A stretch of 64,000 bases of DNA, taken from NCBI GenBank assembly GCA_051117315.1, contig JBNPEA010000045.1, positions 4,842 to 68,841 of the forward strand. Direction: 5' to 3'. Position 1 is the first letter of the stretch, and every line of letters begins with the position of its first letter. Below, one piece after another: positions 62,166-64,000 of the stretch. Position numbers and translations under genes: made by a program. Below the pieces are notes generated by a model, which saw nothing but the letters and a program-made list of their open reading frames with translations, was not told the DNA's origin and ran no database searches. Source of the DNA: Salinarimonas sp. (GTDB taxonomy: Bacteria; Pseudomonadota; Alphaproteobacteria; Rhizobiales; Beijerinckiaceae).

Positions 62166-63545
62166 ATGAAGACGCTGCAATGCATCTCCCCGATCGACGG
62201 ATCGGTGTTCGCCGAGCGGCCGGTCCTGACTGCGGAGGAAGCCCGCGCCGCCGCCGCGCGCGCCCGGACCGCCCAGCCCGCCTGGGCCGCGCGCTCGATC
62301 CGCGAGCGCGCCGACCTCGTGCGCGCGGGCATCGCCGCGGTGGGCGCGATGAACGACGAGATCGTCCCCGAGCTCGCCCGGATGATGGGCCGCCCGGTGC
62401 GCTACGGCGGCGAGTTCCGCGGCTTCGAGGAGCGCGGCAGCCACATGGCGGCGATCGCCGAGGAGGCGCTCGCCGACATCGCCGTGAGCGACGACGCGCA
62501 GTTTCGCCGCACCATCCGCCGGCTGCCCTGGGGCGTCGTCTTCGTGGTGGCGCCCTGGAACTACCCCTGGATGACGGCGATCAACACCGTCGCCCCCGCG
62601 CTGATCGCCGGCAACACGGTGCTGCTCAAGCACGCGACCCAGACGCTGCTCGTCGGCGAGCGCATGGCCAGGGCGTTCCATGCGGCCGGCGTACCGGAGG
62701 ACGTGTTCCAGAACGTCTTCCTCGACCACGACACCACGAGCGGGCTCATCGCGCAGCGCGCGGTCGACTTCGTGAACTTCACGGGCTCGGTCCCCGGCGG
62801 GCAGGCGATGGAGCGCGCGGCGGCGGGCACCTTCGTGCCGGTTGCGACCGAGCTCGGCGGCAAGGACCCCGGCTACGTCATGGACGACGCCGACCTCGAC
62901 GCCGCCGTGGATGGGCTGATGGACGGCGCGATGTTCAATTCCGGGCAGTGCTGCTGCGGGATCGAGCGCATCTACGTCCACGCGCGCCTCTACGACGCCT
63001 TCGTCGAGAAGGCGGTGGCGTGGGCGCGTGCGCAGCGGCTCGGCGACCCCCTCGATCCGCAGACGACGCTCGGCCCCATGGCGCACGTGCGCTTCGCGCG
63101 GCTCGTGCGCGAGCAGATCGACGCCGCCGTCGCCGCCGGCGCCACCGCGCATCTCGCGAGGGACCCCGCCGACGATGGCGGCGCCTACCTGACCCCGCAG
63201 GTGCTCACGGGCGTCACCCACGACATGGCCGTGATGCGCGAGGAGAGCTTCGGCCCCGTCGTCGGCATCATGCCGGTGGCCGACGACGAGGAGGCGATCG
63301 CGCTGATGAACGACAGCCGCTTCGGCCTCACCGCGAGCCTGTGGACCGCGGACCCCGACCGCGCGGCGCGCGTCGGCGACCGGGTCGAGACCGGCACGAT
63401 CTTCATGAACCGCGCCGACTACCTCGACCCGGCCCTGTGCTGGACCGGCTGCAAGGACACCGGCCGCGGCGCCGGGCTCTCGGTGCTCGGCTATCATGCG
63501 CTCACCCGCCCGAAGTCCTACCATCTCAAGAAGGTTCGCTCATGA
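62166..63545 (+). CDS. NAD(P)-dependent aldehyde dehydrogenase
   Basis: Start refined to the ATG at 62166 (MKTLQCISPIDG). Contains VAPWNYPW, ELGGKDP, NSGQCCCGIERIYV and EESFGPV. Confidence 0.9.
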   Translation: MKTLQCISPIDGSVFAERPVLTAEEARAAAARARTAQPAWAARSIRERADLVRAGIAAVGAMNDEIVPELARMMGRPVRYGGEFRGFEERGSHMAAIAEEALADIAVSDDAQFRRTIRRLPWGVVFVVAPWNYPWMTAINTVAPALIAGNTVLLKHATQTLLVGERMARAFHAAGVPEDVFQNVFLDHDTTSGLIAQRAVDFVNFTGSVPGGQAMERAAAGTFVPVATELGGKDPGYVMDDADLDAAVDGLMDGAMFNSGQCCCGIERIYVHARLYDAFVEKAVAWARAQRLGDPLDPQTTLGPMAHVRFARLVREQIDAAVAAGATAHLARDPADDGGAYLTPQVLTGVTHDMAVMREESFGPVVGIMPVADDEEAIALMNDSRFGLTASLWTADPDRAARVGDRVETGTIFMNRADYLDPALCWTGCKDTGRGAGLSVLGYHALTRPKSYHLKKVRS

Positions 63546-64000
63546 GCCCGCACGACGGTCCCCGCGCCACCTGGTCCTATCCCACTGCGATCCGCTTCGG
63601 CGCCGGCCGGATCCGGGAGCTGCCGGAGGCCTGCCGGGCGGCGGGCATCGCGCGCCCGCTCCTCGTCACCGATCGCGGGCTGGCGCGCATGGAGATCACC
63701 ACCCGCGCCCTCGACCTGCTCGAGGAGGCCGGCCTCGGCCGTGCGCTCTTCGCCGAGGTCGATCCGAACCCCAACGAGATCAACCTCGAGGCCGGGCTCG
63801 AGGCCTACCGCGCCGGCGGGCACGACGGCGTGGTGGCCTTCGGCGGCGGCTCGGGGCTCGACCTCGCCAAGATGGTGGCCTTCATGTCGGGCCAGACGCG
63901 GCCGATCTGGGACTTCGAGGACATCGGCGACTGGTGGACCCGCGCCGACGCGAGCGGCATCGCGCCGATCGTCGCCGTGCCGACGACGGCGGGCACCGGC
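63542..64000 (+). CDS. iron-containing (group III) alcohol dehydrogenase, N-terminal 153 codons; runs off the right window edge
   Basis: Not in the ORF track because it has no stop. ATG at 63542 overlaps the ALDH stop (ATGA). Contains RPLLVTDRGL, FAEVDPNPN, VVAFGGGSGLDLAKMVAF and AVPTTAGTG. Confidence 0.85.
   Translation, partial: MSPHDGPRATWSYPTAIRFGAGRIRELPEACRAAGIARPLLVTDRGLARMEITTRALDLLEEAGLGRALFAEVDPNPNEINLEAGLEAYRAGGHDGVVAFGGGSGLDLAKMVAFMSGQTRPIWDFEDIGDWWTRADASGIAPIVAVPTTAGTG

Overview
This window is a very GC-rich chromosomal segment with strong GC3 bias, and it looks like core genome of an alphaproteobacterium, probably Hyphomicrobiales/Rhizobiales-like. Supporting context: an F1-only atpHAGDC operon, a fliF-fliH-fliN-flbD flagellar operon, adjacent pepA-holC, ruvC-ruvA, a DUF2865 protein and glcDEF.

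I can support about 60 protein genes, one tRNA-Ser(GGA), two hairpin terminators and a few candidate operator or repeat elements. Recognisable genes include leuB, secA, murJ, msrA, ribA, a GGDEF-EAL protein, a family-4 uracil-DNA glycosylase, mmcB, a ZIP metal transporter and an MsbA-like ABC exporter. Two genes run off the window edges and are missing from the ORF track: a TadG-like gene at the left edge and an iron-type alcohol dehydrogenase at the right edge.

I found no CRISPR array, transposase, integrase or prophage module, and no clear multi-gene system of wholly unknown function.

The items most worth a second look are:
- a photolyase homologue with inverted domain order (NewPHL-like) at 7299-8534;
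- a tightly coupled RpiR-controlled operon at 55.9-64 kb (FGase-family amidohydrolase, TRAP QMP transporter, glutamine-synthetase-like ligase, aldehyde dehydrogenase, Fe-alcohol dehydrogenase) that reads as a gamma-glutamylation catabolic route for an unknown amine or amino alcohol;
- a brnT toxin paired with a hybrid BrnA/HTH antitoxin and an apparently leaderless promoter;
- a 197-nt array of hairpins inside the glcDEF operon;
- a translationally coupled pair of CPBP protease and Tat-exported hydrolase next to the tRNA.

The many long Arg/Ala/Gly/Pro-rich ORFs antisense to or overlapping recognisable genes are treated as GC artefacts.

All calls come from reading the translations and sequence by eye. 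No searches or computations were run. Starts were refined by counting residues from the ORF track and checking the start codon in the sequence. Coordinates of small motifs may be off by 1-2 nt.
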